64,000 nt of DNA from positions 32,001 to 96,000 of the forward strand of contig CBDCQT010000010.1 of assembly GCA_965220745.1 (NCBI GenBank), given 5' to 3'. This document shows, in pieces, positions 52,703-62,923 of the stretch. How positions within the stretch are numbered: the first letter of the stretch is position 1; the number at the start of each line of letters is the position of its first letter. Source of the DNA: Alphaproteobacteria bacterium. Its GTDB lineage: Bacteria; Pseudomonadota; Alphaproteobacteria; UBA828. The notes beneath the pieces are model-generated. The model was not told the DNA's origin. It was given only the letters and a program-made list of their open reading frames with translations, and searched no databases. A program made the position numbers and the translations under genes.

Positions 52703-53383
52703 GTGACGATCGGGGCGGTCCTTCCGGTCAAGGACACGGGCGACGCCAAGCAGCGGCTGTCGGGCTTCCTTCGCGCGGCCGAGCGCCAGCGCCTCGCCCT
52801 CGCGATGGCGGAAGACGTGCTGGAGACCCTTGCGCGCGTTGTGGGACTGTCGGACATCGTCGTGGTGACGCGGGACGAGCGGGCGGCTGCGCTCGCCGCA
52901 CGCCACGGGGCGCGGGTGCTCACTGAGCCCTCCAACGATGGCCAGAGCGCGGCGGTGGAGCGGGCCGCTGCGGCGCTCAGCCGCGACGGGGCCGACGGCC
53001 TGCTCCAGGTTCCCGGTGACGTGCCCGGCGCGAGCGTGGACGAGATCGAGGCGGTGCTGGCGGCGCACGAGGTCGCGCGCGACAACGGGCCGGCCGTCAC
53101 TCTGGTGCCGTCGCACGACCGGCGTGGCACCAACTGCGTGCTCTGTTCACCGCCCGGCGTGTTGCGCTTCGCCTTCGGCCACGACAGTTTCCAGCCCCAC
53201 CGTGAAGCCGCGCGGGCGCAAGGCATCGCACCGCGGATCCTGCCGCTGCCGGGTCTCGGCCTGGACATCGACACACCCGAGGACCTCCGCGCCTTCATCG
53301 CGCGGCCGACGGCGGGCCGCACGCTCGACTATCTGCGCGACAGCGGGATCGCAGAGCGACTTCTGGTGACCGACGCGGCCTGA
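52703..53383 (+). CDS. cofC: 2-phospho-L-lactate/PEP guanylyltransferase (F420 biosynthesis)
   Basis: VLPVK...AKQRLS, PGDVP, GTN, FGHDSF..H, LDIDTPEDL; adjacent to fbiC. Confidence 0.9.
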   Translation: MTIGAVLPVKDTGDAKQRLSGFLRAAERQRLALAMAEDVLETLARVVGLSDIVVVTRDERAAALAARHGARVLTEPSNDGQSAAVERAAAALSRDGADGLLQVPGDVPGASVDEIEAVLAAHEVARDNGPAVTLVPSHDRRGTNCVLCSPPGVLRFAFGHDSFQPHREAARAQGIAPRILPLPGLGLDIDTPEDLRAFIARPTAGRTLDYLRDSGIAERLLVTDAA

Positions 53384-53388
53384 GACGG

Positions 53389-55857
53389 ATGCAAGGCGCA
53401 ACCCGAGATTTGCTCGAAGCGGTGCAGGGCGGCCGCCGCCCCGATGCGGCGGAGGCTCTCGCGCTCGCTGCCGAGGACGACCTCGCGCCGCTGCTGGACT
53501 GCGCGGCCGCGCTCCGCGACCGGGCGCATCCCGACGTCGTGACCTACTCACGCAAGGTCTTCATCCCGCTCACCCATCTCTGCCGCGACGTCTGCCACTA
53601 CTGCACCTTCGCCCGGCCGCCGCGCCGGGGCGAGACCGCCTTCATGACGCCGGATGAGGTGCTGCGGGTCGCTGAAGCCGGCGCCGCCGCCGGCTGCAAG
53701 GAGGCGCTCTTCACCCTCGGCGACAAGCCGGAGCTGCGCTATCGCGCGGCGCGCGAAGGGCTGGGGGCGCTGGGCTACGACAGCACGCTCGCCTACCTCG
53801 CGGACATGGCCAAGCTGGTGCTGGAGAAGACACCGCTGCTGCCGCATCTCAACCCCGGCGTTCTGGGCCGCGTGGATTTGCGTGCGCTGCGCGAGGTCTC
53901 GGCCTCACAGGGCATGATGCTGGAGAGCGCGTCCGAGCGCCTCTCCGCCAAGGGCGGGCCGCACTACGGCTCGCCCGACAAGCGCCCGAGCGTGCGGCTG
54001 GAGACACTCCGCCTCTCCGGCGAGGAGGCGGTGCCCTTCACCTCCGGCATCCTCATCGGCATCGGCGAGACGCGGGAAGAGCGGATCGAGGCCCTGCTCG
54101 CGCTCCGTGATGCCCACGACGCCCACGGGCACATTCAGGAGATCATCGTCCAGAATTTCCGGGCCAAGCCTGGGACGCGCATGGCCGATGCGCCCGAGCC
54201 GAGCCTCGACGAGCTGCTCTGGACCATCGCAACGGCCCGCATCCTCTTTGGGCCGGAGGCGAACATCCAGGCGCCGCCCAACCTGAGTCCCGGCGCGCTG
54301 CCGCAGCTGGTCGCCGCCGGGATCAACGACTGGGGCGGCGTCTCGCCGGTGACGCAGGACTACGTCAATCCCGAGGCGCCCTGGCCCCATCTCGACGCGC
54401 TCGCGCGCGAGACCGCCGCCGCCGGCAAGACCCTGGCCGAGCGGCTCACCATCTATCCGTCCTACGCGATTGAGGGAGAGCGCTGGCTCGATCCGGCGCT
54501 GCAAACGCGCGTCCTCAAGCTGATCGACTCCGAGGGCTATCCCCGCACCGACGCCTGGATCACGGGCGCGGGCGAGCCCCCGCCGGCGGAGCGCACGCCG
54601 GTCTCGGCCATCATCGCACCCGACATCGAGCGCCTATTGGCTCAAGCCGAGGCGGGAGAGGGGCTAGGCGAGGACGCGCTGGTGCGGCTCTTCGGCGCGC
54701 GGGGCGGCGCGTTCGACGCGGTCTGCGCCGCGGCCGACGCGCTGCGCGCGAGGGTGAGCGGGCCGCAGGTCAGCTACGTGGTAAACCGCAACATCAACTA
54801 CACCAACGTCTGCTACTTCCGCTGCCAGTTCTGCGCCTTCTCCAAGGGCAAGCTGAGCGAGAACCTGCGCGGCCGGCCCTACGACCTGACGATCGACGAG
54901 ATCGTGCGCCGGGTGCGGGAGGCCTGGGAGCGCGGCGCGACAGAGGTCTGCCTCCAGGGCGGCATCCATCCCGACTACACCGGCGAGACCTATCTCGCGA
55001 TCTGCCGCGCCATCAAGCAGGCGGAGCCCGCGATCCACGTCCACGCCCTCTCGCCGCTGGAGATCTGGCAGGGCGCAGCGACGCTCGGCCGAACCGTGCC
55101 CGACTTCCTCGCTGCGCTGCAGGAGGCCGGGTTGGGGTCGCTGCCCGGCACCGCCGCCGAGATCCTCGACGACGAGGTGCGCGCCGTCATCTGCCCCGAC
55201 AAGATCGTGACCGACCAGTGGCTTTCGGTGATGGAGGCGGCGCACGCGCTGGGCCTGCGCAGCACCGCCACGATCATGTTCGGCCACGTGGACGGGCCGC
55301 GTCACTGGGCGCGCCACCTGCTCCGCGTCCGCGCCTTGCAGGAGCACACCGGCGGCTTCACCGAGTTCGTGCCGCTCCCCTTCGTGGCATTGGAGGCGCC
55401 GCTCTACCTCAAGGGGCGCGCTAGGCGGGGGCCGACCTGGCGCGAGGCGGTGCTCATGCACGCGGTGGCGCGGCTCGCGCTGCACCCCGTCATCCCCAAC
55501 ATCCAGACCTCGTGGGTCAAGATGGGGCGGGAGGGTGCCGCCGCCTGCCTCCGCGCCGGCGCCAACGACATCGGCGGCACCTTGATGAACGAATCGATCA
55601 CCCGCGCCGCCGGCGCGAGCCACGGCCAGGAATTCCCGGCCGACGAGATCGAGGCGCTGGTCGAGCGGCTGGGGCGCACGCCGGTGCAGCGGACCACGCT
55701 CTACGAGCCCGCGCCCGCTACACGCCGCGCCGCCGCCCGCGCTGCAGCGCCGCTTGCCCCTGTCGTGAACGCACCCGCCCGGCGCTACGAGCGGCGCGCC
55801 GCAGCAAGCGACCTGGTCCGGCCCGGGCTCGACGCCGCCGCACCGGTAGGGAAGTGA
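53389..55857 (+). CDS. fbiC: Bifunctional FO synthase (CofG-CofH fusion)
   Basis: Two radical SAM motifs CRDVCHYC and CYFRCQFC; TYSRKVFIPLT; NIQTSWVK, GGTLMNESI. Confidence 0.92.
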   Translation: MQGATRDLLEAVQGGRRPDAAEALALAAEDDLAPLLDCAAALRDRAHPDVVTYSRKVFIPLTHLCRDVCHYCTFARPPRRGETAFMTPDEVLRVAEAGAAAGCKEALFTLGDKPELRYRAAREGLGALGYDSTLAYLADMAKLVLEKTPLLPHLNPGVLGRVDLRALREVSASQGMMLESASERLSAKGGPHYGSPDKRPSVRLETLRLSGEEAVPFTSGILIGIGETREERIEALLALRDAHDAHGHIQEIIVQNFRAKPGTRMADAPEPSLDELLWTIATARILFGPEANIQAPPNLSPGALPQLVAAGINDWGGVSPVTQDYVNPEAPWPHLDALARETAAAGKTLAERLTIYPSYAIEGERWLDPALQTRVLKLIDSEGYPRTDAWITGAGEPPPAERTPVSAIIAPDIERLLAQAEAGEGLGEDALVRLFGARGGAFDAVCAAADALRARVSGPQVSYVVNRNINYTNVCYFRCQFCAFSKGKLSENLRGRPYDLTIDEIVRRVREAWERGATEVCLQGGIHPDYTGETYLAICRAIKQAEPAIHVHALSPLEIWQGAATLGRTVPDFLAALQEAGLGSLPGTAAEILDDEVRAVICPDKIVTDQWLSVMEAAHALGLRSTATIMFGHVDGPRHWARHLLRVRALQEHTGGFTEFVPLPFVALEAPLYLKGRARRGPTWREAVLMHAVARLALHPVIPNIQTSWVKMGREGAAACLRAGANDIGGTLMNESITRAAGASHGQEFPADEIEALVERLGRTPVQRTTLYEPAPATRRAAARAAAPLAPVVNAPARRYERRAAASDLVRPGLDAAAPVGK

Positions 55858-55892
55858 GCGCGGGCGCCCTTAGCCAGAATCCTCGGCCTCGA

Positions 55893-56249
55893 TCACGAGC
55901 CGTCGTCTTCGAGCAACCGGGCCAGCATGTGCCGCACGTGATCCTGCCCGCCGAAGAACACCGCCAGGATACGGACCGTCTCGTTCGCCTCGTCCACGTC
56001 GAACCAATAGATCGCCCGACCGATCGCCAGGTGCCGTGCGCCGGACAGGATATCGTCGTGGCGTTCGCCCCGGTGAGGTGCGGTTGGGATGCGCTCCGCC
56101 TCGGAACGAATTTCCAGCACCCGAGCCGCCGCGTGATCGAACGCACTCTCCGGGCTTTCGCCGAAGTCGAGGTAGCTGCGCAGGAGGTGGTCGAAGATCA
56201 GACCGAAGTCGCGTTCGGCCTCGGCCGAGAACTCAAGACGAAAGGCCAT
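55893..56249 (-). CDS. ParE/RelE-family toxin
   Basis: MAFRLEFSAEAERDF...PHRG...VRILAVFFGGQD. Confidence 0.82.
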   Translation of the reverse strand: MAFRLEFSAEAERDFGLIFDHLLRSYLDFGESPESAFDHAAARVLEIRSEAERIPTAPHRGERHDDILSGARHLAIGRAIYWFDVDEANETVRILAVFFGGQDHVRHMLARLLEDDGS

Positions 56250-56508
56250 GCGCTCGGCGCTTGTCGGCAATCATCGCTTTCAGCCGCGCGTCCATCTCTT
56301 CCGCGCCGACGAACGCGCCCTCGCGGCGGCGCGCGAGGAGCGCACGCAGCGCCGTGGTTTCCGCTTCCTCCGCGTCCATCCGCTGGCGCAGCAGGTCGAC
56401 GCCTTGCTGCAGGACCGCGCTGACACTGGCGTAGCGCCCGGCCTCGACCAGCGCCCTGGCAAAGGCGTGCTGCTCGTCGGTGAGAGAGATCGAGGATTTG
56501 ACCGTCAC
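56233..56508 (-). CDS. ParD-like RHH antitoxin
   Basis: SISLTDEQHAFARALVEAGRYASVSAVLQQG. Confidence 0.85.
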   Translation of the reverse strand: MTVKSSISLTDEQHAFARALVEAGRYASVSAVLQQGVDLLRQRMDAEEAETTALRALLARRREGAFVGAEEMDARLKAMIADKRRAHGLSS

Positions 56509-56655
56509 GGGAGCCTCCTTGACGCAAGAGTATTACTCAGTAGCACCGCAGTCAACGGACCGGCGCTGCGGTGCGTCTACCATCGGGAGAGAGGCCGATC
56601 CGTGTGATAGGCTCGGCGCGCGCGCAGGCGCGGCCACAGGGGAGGAGCAGGGACG

Positions 56656-57111
56656 ATGGCAGGGTTCACGATCACGGCGACCAATCACACCAGCTTCACG
56701 GTCTCCAGCCTGGACCGCGCGATCGGGCTCTTCCAGGGCGCCCTCGGCTTCACGCTGCTGAACCGCTCGCCGCGCGATCCCAAGTTCATCGAGCAGGTGG
56801 TCGGCGTCGACGGCGCGGACATCGAGGTCGCCTACCTGCAGGCGCCCGGCCATCGCCTCGAGCTGATCGAGTATCGCGGCCCCGCCGATCGCGGCCGGGT
56901 CGACTCGCGCCCCTGCGACGCGGGCTTCGCCCACATCGCCTTCGACGTGGACGACATCCACGAGGCGATCGCGGCGGTGCGGGACGCGGGCTCCGAGCCG
57001 CTGGGCGATCCCATCACCGTCAACGCCGGGCCCAACAAGGGCGGCCTCGTGGTCTACACGCGCGATCCCGACGGCATCACGGTGGAGTTCATCCAGCGGC
57101 CGAAGGCGTAG
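56656..57111 (+). CDS. VOC/glyoxalase-family protein
   Basis: NHTSFTV, LELIEY, HIAFDVDD, RDPDGITVEF. Confidence 0.88.
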   Translation: MAGFTITATNHTSFTVSSLDRAIGLFQGALGFTLLNRSPRDPKFIEQVVGVDGADIEVAYLQAPGHRLELIEYRGPADRGRVDSRPCDAGFAHIAFDVDDIHEAIAAVRDAGSEPLGDPITVNAGPNKGGLVVYTRDPDGITVEFIQRPKA

Positions 57112-57118
57112 GCGCCGG

Positions 57119-57739
57119 ATGTTCTACGAGACCGCGCGCAACGATCACGGCCTGCCGCACGACCCCTTCAAGTCCTGCGTGGTGCCGCGCCCGATCGGGT
57201 GGATCACCACGATCGACGCGGCCGGCGGGCTCAACCTCGCGCCCTTCAGCTACTTCAACGCCTGTGGCGACCACCCGCCGCAGGTGATGTACGCGCCGAG
57301 CGGCCCGCACGCGGCCGAAGGCGGCGCCAAGGACAGCCTGCACAACGTGCAGGAGACCGGCGAGTTCGTCGCCAACTTAGCCACCTGGGAGCAGCGCGAG
57401 GCGATGCGCCTCTCGTCGAGCGGGGTGCCGAGCAGCGTCGACGAGTTCGCGCTGACCGGGCTCGAGACCGAGCCCGCGCGGCTGGTGCGCCCGCCCAGGG
57501 TCAAGGGCGCGCCGATCCACCTCGAATGCCGGCTCCACAAGGTGATCGAGCTGCTGGCCGACGAGCCCGCGCGCTTCCGCAACTGGCTCGTGCTGGGCGA
57601 GGTGGTCGGCGTTCACATCGACGATTCGATCATCACCGACGGGCGCGTGGACCAGTCCAAGTTCCGGCCCATCGCGCGGCTCGGCTACGCCGACTACACC
57701 ACCGTGGACAGCCACTTCGCGATGCCCTTCCCGGACTGA
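57119..57739 (+). CDS. Flavin reductase-like (FMN split barrel) protein
   Basis: VPRPIGWITT, NLAPFSYFN, KDSLHNV.ETGEF, ARLG..DY. Confidence 0.88.
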   Translation: MFYETARNDHGLPHDPFKSCVVPRPIGWITTIDAAGGLNLAPFSYFNACGDHPPQVMYAPSGPHAAEGGAKDSLHNVQETGEFVANLATWEQREAMRLSSSGVPSSVDEFALTGLETEPARLVRPPRVKGAPIHLECRLHKVIELLADEPARFRNWLVLGEVVGVHIDDSIITDGRVDQSKFRPIARLGYADYTTVDSHFAMPFPD

Positions 57740-57959
57740 GGCGACGAGCCGGGTACTGGCTGGCCTAGGGTTGACGGAACGATTACCAGTGGCAATACCA
57801 CAGCGCACACAAAAGCTCTAAACCGGACAAGGATCTGACACTTATAAACTTGACCTCAATCCCTAGCCCGCTACCAAGGCTAAATCAATAGCCGCTCCGT
57901 AACCCCTGTGCCATACAATAGTTCATATTTTCCTTCTATACTCCGCAAGTTCATCCCTC

Positions 57960-59774
57960 TCAGTTGTCACGAGATAGATATTCTACTATCTCCTCCATAA
58001 GCGGTTGAAAGTTTGTCATTCTCCTCCTAAACTTCTCTGGCTCCCACTGACAGATATGGCGGGCAATTTGGGCTTTTGCCGGTTGGGTGAACCTATTCAG
58101 CACAAATACAGACCAGTCTTCGCTCAAATGTTCTCGCAATTCTGTATCCCCGAGCAGTATTTTCTGGGCCAAATCCGTTCGAATAACGTTACCCAACTCA
58201 CGCTCCTCCAGCTTGTCGTTCTTCCTAGCCCATTCCCATACCTTTCGATCATACATCAACTCAAGATCCGTTTCTATCTTGAACCCCGCAGCCCGCGCTT
58301 TTCTAACATTTCGAGTTTCTGGCAACCTAAAGCACTTCGCGTATTTGATTCGATTTGGTTCCGCGTTAAATTCCTTCTGGTGCTTAACGGCGTCTTTATC
58401 AGCGTCCACCAACCCTGCGCAGCGCGGAAGTTCCGTTCCATGCTTTGCTTCATAGCACCAACTACTTAGCATATCGATCACGTACCGATAGCCACCGCCA
58501 CTGCTCTTAGTCTCTACTATTATGTTGTCTGATTCATCCGGGCAAAACATTTCCAAAGCACGCTCGACAATCATTTTGTCCGAAGGACCTTCGACGAAGA
58601 GTACGTGACGTCCTTCATGTACCAACATCCTTGCATTGGCTCTAGACTCTTCCAATCGCCTGATCCTTAGTTCCAATTGGTGTACTAGCGGCGCGACTAG
58701 AGCGGTTGTTCCCATTCTATCATCCAAGTCGTCAGAGGCAGACTTACATTGACTGCCCTCCTCTTCCTTGTCCTTAAAGACGTGGTGGTTAGCAACTTCT
58801 TCGTGCTTCTGCTTCTCTCCTCGATGCAAATTGTAGAAGACTGGTGAGTGGGTTGTAAGAAATATTTGACAAATTCCATGATCTAAAAAGTCGCAGAACT
58901 GATCCGCCAACTCTACACATCCGGAAAATTCAAGATTGTTCTCTGGTTCCTCATATCCCCAGATAAAGCTATGTGGCGGAGCTCCATGGTGTTGAAGTCC
59001 ACGTTTCTTGTCAGCAATAAACTTCAGGATGATGGGGATATGTCTAGCCTTGATTCCGTCTCCGCGAGCGTCAAGAGAAATATCCTGCTCGTCGGTGAGA
59101 AAATCCAGACTCTCGAAAACATGGCTAAGGTCCCTCGGCAAGGCTAGTCGAGATGTGAAGCCCATTGTTTCAGTTATTTCGTCCGTTAGGTCGCTAAGGT
59201 GAGTAGCGATCGAACTTTCGAACTCCTGGCTGGACTTGCGAAATGTGCGAGCGGCTTCTGATATAGCCCCAAAAATACTAGCACGGAGGTGAGCGATGTA
59301 GTTTCGATCCTTAATGGCCGGTACATACATAAACGTGATATTTCTTAGCAGTGCGTGGACATTGGAGTTGTCCGGAATCGGCACTTGGGTTGACTTTATC
59401 GTGCCATTTCGACCAATACTTATTCTCTTTCCAAAGTAGTGACTCTTATGAAGACCATTTTTTCTCCATGATTTTTTCCAAACAATGAAATCTCCATTGG
59501 TCTTTGTGTAGGTTTTTGGAAGAGCGATAGTCAACGCTATTACAATTTCCTTGGCCCTTCGGTTAGGCTTATTGAATGTATTGTGATCGTCTTCAAATAC
59601 TAGGTGTCGGTGGGGGTCAGTTTCTTCATTAAAGAATAGATTTAGTGCCCGGAGAATATTGGATTTTCCGGAGTCATTTTTCCCGACAAACACGGTTAGC
59701 TGTGTCGAAGATAAGCGCATGTGGCGTATGGAGCGAAAGTTGGTTACTTCAATTTCGGTAATGGAGAGAGCCAT
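57960..59774 (-). CDS. OLD-family ATP-dependent nuclease (ABC ATPase + TOPRIM)
   Basis: NFRSI, GKNDSGKS, YEEPENNL, TTHSP, then FVEGPSD and LVDADKD TOPRIM motifs; AT-rich relative to flanks. Confidence 0.8.
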   Translation of the reverse strand: MALSITEIEVTNFRSIRHMRLSSTQLTVFVGKNDSGKSNILRALNLFFNEETDPHRHLVFEDDHNTFNKPNRRAKEIVIALTIALPKTYTKTNGDFIVWKKSWRKNGLHKSHYFGKRISIGRNGTIKSTQVPIPDNSNVHALLRNITFMYVPAIKDRNYIAHLRASIFGAISEAARTFRKSSQEFESSIATHLSDLTDEITETMGFTSRLALPRDLSHVFESLDFLTDEQDISLDARGDGIKARHIPIILKFIADKKRGLQHHGAPPHSFIWGYEEPENNLEFSGCVELADQFCDFLDHGICQIFLTTHSPVFYNLHRGEKQKHEEVANHHVFKDKEEEGSQCKSASDDLDDRMGTTALVAPLVHQLELRIRRLEESRANARMLVHEGRHVLFVEGPSDKMIVERALEMFCPDESDNIIVETKSSGGGYRYVIDMLSSWCYEAKHGTELPRCAGLVDADKDAVKHQKEFNAEPNRIKYAKCFRLPETRNVRKARAAGFKIETDLELMYDRKVWEWARKNDKLEERELGNVIRTDLAQKILLGDTELREHLSEDWSVFVLNRFTQPAKAQIARHICQWEPEKFRRRMTNFQPLMEEIVEYLSRDN

Positions 59775-60230
59775 GGCGCACCTTAGTCGATTGAGTTTAG
59801 AGTTGCGGAGACGGTAGGAAGGCAGTGAAGCACCGTGGGCAAGGGGCGAAAGCAGGACTTGTCTGAGGAGCTGTGCGTCTAGATGGTGTGTTTAGGTGAT
59901 GGCTTCGCGCGAGGATCACGAAAGGGGTGGGGGAATTGTGGGCAAAGTTTGTCTGAGGGTGGGTATGTGGGCGACTCGTCGCGGTAGGGATAGAATATCA
60001 GATCAACGCCGTTTGCGCCCCACCTGTCCGTTGACGAGGGAATTATCTCGAAGCACCAACCGGTTGATTTCGAGCAGCGAAACCCGGGAGCGTAGAGAAG
60101 AAGAAGGTCAGAGCGGCGATTTTCCCAATTCTTCCGGACCATGGTGCGGTGCACGACGCGCCGGGGCCGTGACAGGATCCCGCCATGCGGTGGGCGAGCG
60201 AATGGGTCGTAGCCGGTGGGGTTGCCATAT

Positions 60231-60684
60231 GGATGCGCGGATACCCGGAACGAGTCCGGGCATGTCCGCGCATGACGGGATGGGGCATCGCGTGCGACGG
60301 ATGTTGCGGGGCGCGACACAATGTCCACGCGCGTTGGGTGCGCGATGACGGGAACGTCGGGCGGGCACTTGGGCGACTCTCGGGCGGAAAACGTTGCCGT
60401 GGAATGCCACTCATCCCAGCCGTCCCGCCTAATCCCGGCGCGTCCCGCATGAAATTAAGTTGTCGCATCCCACTTTCGTCACGGGGCGTTCTTTCGGCCC
60501 ACCCGTTCTCCCACATCGTCATGCCCCGACTTGTTCGGGGCATCCACGTGCTCGCCCAACGCATGGCGGGCCCGGCTGAGAAAGATGCCCGGAACGAGTC
60601 CGGGCATGACGGTATGTGGGGGAGCGCGGTTGCTGGAGATGCGCGGATGCCCGGAAAGAGTCCGGGCATGTCCGCGCATGACGG
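60231..60684. repeat. Cluster of four CGTC-type REP palindromes
   Basis: Units at about 60231-60277, 60517-60548, 60583-60612 and 60637-60684, e.g. gatgcccggaacgagtccgggcatgacg. Confidence 0.85.
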
Positions 60685-60714
60685 TTTGGGGGCGTAAGGG
60701 CGTGGCCGGCGCGG

Positions 60715-62709
60715 TTACAGCAGCTCCCTTATCGCCTCCACGATGCGGTCCTGCGAGGGGATGACCTCGAGCTCGAGGCGGTCGTTGTAGGGCATCGGCG
60801 TGTGCGGGGCGCCGAGGCGGGCGACCGGCGCGTCGAGATAGTCGAAGGCCTTGTCCACCACCATGGCCGCCACCTCGGCGCCGAAGCCGCCGCGCACCCA
60901 GGCCTCGTGCACGATGAGGAGGCGGTTGGTCTTGCGCACGCTGGCGAGGATTGTCTCCTCGTCCAGCGGCTGCAGGGTGCGGGGGTCGATCACCTCGACG
61001 CTGATGCCGTCCCGCTCCAGCACCGTGGCGGCGCTCAGCGCGCGCGGCACCATGGCGGACGTCGCCACCACGGTCACGTCCGTGCCCGCGCGCTTGATGT
61101 CGGCCTTGCCGAGGGGGATGGCGTAGAGCTCCTCCGGCACCGGGCCGTTGCCGCCGAGGTAGAGCAGCTTCTGCTCCAGGAAGACCACGGGGTTCTCGTC
61201 GCGGATCGCGGCGACCAGCAGTCCCTTGGCGTCGTAAGGGGTGGACGGCGCCGCCACCACCAGCCCCGGCACGTGGGTGAACCAGGCCTCCAGGCTCTGG
61301 CTGTGCTGGGCCGCGAGCCGGATGCCGCCGCCCTGCGGGCCGCGCACCACCAGCGGCACCGAGGGCTTGCCCCCAAGCATGAAGCGGAACTTGGCCGCCT
61401 GGTTGACCAGCATGTCCATGGTGAGCGCCACGAAGTCGAAGATCTGGATCTCCACCACGGGGCGCATGCCGGCGATGGCGGCGCCGACGCCGCAGCCGAC
61501 GAAGGTCGCCTCGGAGATCGGCGTGTCGCGCACGCGCTCAGGCCCGTAGCGGTCCATCAGCCCCTTGGAGACGCCGAAGATGCCGCCGGTGGCGCCGACA
61601 TCCTCGCCCATGAGGAAGACCCTGTCGTCGCGCAGCATCTCCTGGTCCAGCGCCTCGTTGAGCGCCTCGGGGTAGGAGAGCTCGCGCTCGGTCTCCGGCC
61701 CCGGCTCGGTGTGCGCCGCGTGGGGGGCGTAGACGGCATCGAGCATGACGTGCACCGGGGGCTCCGGGCTCTCGCGGCCGTAGGAGACGGCGGTCTCGAT
61801 CTCATCGTCCACGGCCTGCGTGGTCTCGTCGAACTGCTCGTCGGAGAAGCTGGCTTCGGAGGTCAGGCGCCTCTCCATGCGCGCGATGGGATCGCGATCG
61901 AGCCACGACTCAAGCTCATCCTCCGGCCGCGGGTCGCGCAGGTTGACCCGGAGCGAGTGCTGGCCGTGGCGGTAGGTCATGGCCTCGATCAGCGTCGGTC
62001 CCTCGCCGGCGCGGGCGCGGTCCACCGCCTCGCGCAGCACGAGGTAGACCTCGACGCCGTCGTTGCCGTCCACGGTGATGCCGGGGATCTCGTAGGAGGC
62101 CGCGCGGTTCGAGACCTGGGAGACCGCCGTGGTGTTCCGATAGGAGGTCGACAGCGCGTACTGGTTGTTCTCGCAGACGAAGATCACCGGCAGCTTCCAC
62201 ACCGCCGCCAGGTTGAGGGATTCGTGGAAGACGCCCTGGTTCGACGCACCGTCACCGAAGAAGGCCACGGCGACCCGATCCGTCCCCTGCAGCTTGGCGG
62301 CGAGGCCCGCGCCGGTGGCGAGCGGCATGGCGGCACCCACGATGCCGTTGGCGCCCATGATGTTGAGCTCCATGTCGGCGATGTGCATGGAGCCGCCGAG
62401 GCCCTGGCAGTAGCCGGTCTGGCGGCCCATCAGCTCCGCCATCATGCGGTCGATGCGCGCGCCCTTGGCGATGCAGTGGCCGTGGCCGCGGTGGTAGGAG
62501 GCGATGATGTCGTCATCGCGCAGCGCCGCGCAGACGCCGGCGGCGATGGCCTCCTCGCCCTTGTAGCTGTGGGCCGTGCCCTTGACGACGCCCTCCTGGA
62601 AGAGGTCGGCGGTCTTGTCCTCGAAGGCGCGGATGCGGCGCATGGTGACGTAGAGGTCGCGGAGGGTCTCCGCCTCCACGGTGATATTGCTGGTCGCGCT
62701 CTCGTTCAT
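60715..62709 (-). CDS. Fused alpha-beta E1 subunit of a 2-oxoacid/acetoin dehydrogenase
   Basis: Alpha motifs ([18 protein letters not shown]) followed in frame by beta motifs (GEDV, DTPISE, QHSQS). Confidence 0.9.
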   Translation of the reverse strand: MNESATSNITVEAETLRDLYVTMRRIRAFEDKTADLFQEGVVKGTAHSYKGEEAIAAGVCAALRDDDIIASYHRGHGHCIAKGARIDRMMAELMGRQTGYCQGLGGSMHIADMELNIMGANGIVGAAMPLATGAGLAAKLQGTDRVAVAFFGDGASNQGVFHESLNLAAVWKLPVIFVCENNQYALSTSYRNTTAVSQVSNRAASYEIPGITVDGNDGVEVYLVLREAVDRARAGEGPTLIEAMTYRHGQHSLRVNLRDPRPEDELESWLDRDPIARMERRLTSEASFSDEQFDETTQAVDDEIETAVSYGRESPEPPVHVMLDAVYAPHAAHTEPGPETERELSYPEALNEALDQEMLRDDRVFLMGEDVGATGGIFGVSKGLMDRYGPERVRDTPISEATFVGCGVGAAIAGMRPVVEIQIFDFVALTMDMLVNQAAKFRFMLGGKPSVPLVVRGPQGGGIRLAAQHSQSLEAWFTHVPGLVVAAPSTPYDAKGLLVAAIRDENPVVFLEQKLLYLGGNGPVPEELYAIPLGKADIKRAGTDVTVVATSAMVPRALSAATVLERDGISVEVIDPRTLQPLDEETILASVRKTNRLLIVHEAWVRGGFGAEVAAMVVDKAFDYLDAPVARLGAPHTPMPYNDRLELEVIPSQDRIVEAIRELL

Positions 62710-62923
62710 CGCCCTTCGCCTCCCTGGCGTGCCGCTCTGGCCCCGACGCATTGTTCACGACTGCAGCGCGCCACGCCAGCCCAAGTGTGCCGGCCGTTCA
62801 TGCCCCCTGCTCCCGGAAAGTCTGCCGGAAGGAACGAAATGATTTGACCGGTGCACCGGGCAGTCGAAGGATCGACGCCCGCGACGCCTTGCCGCGCGCG
62901 AGAGGTGCGATGGACCGGATGCC

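Noticed and set aside
60231-60684. Possible CRISPR array
   Set aside because: Units vary in length and orientation, spacing is irregular, they are CGTC REP palindromes, and no cas genes are present.
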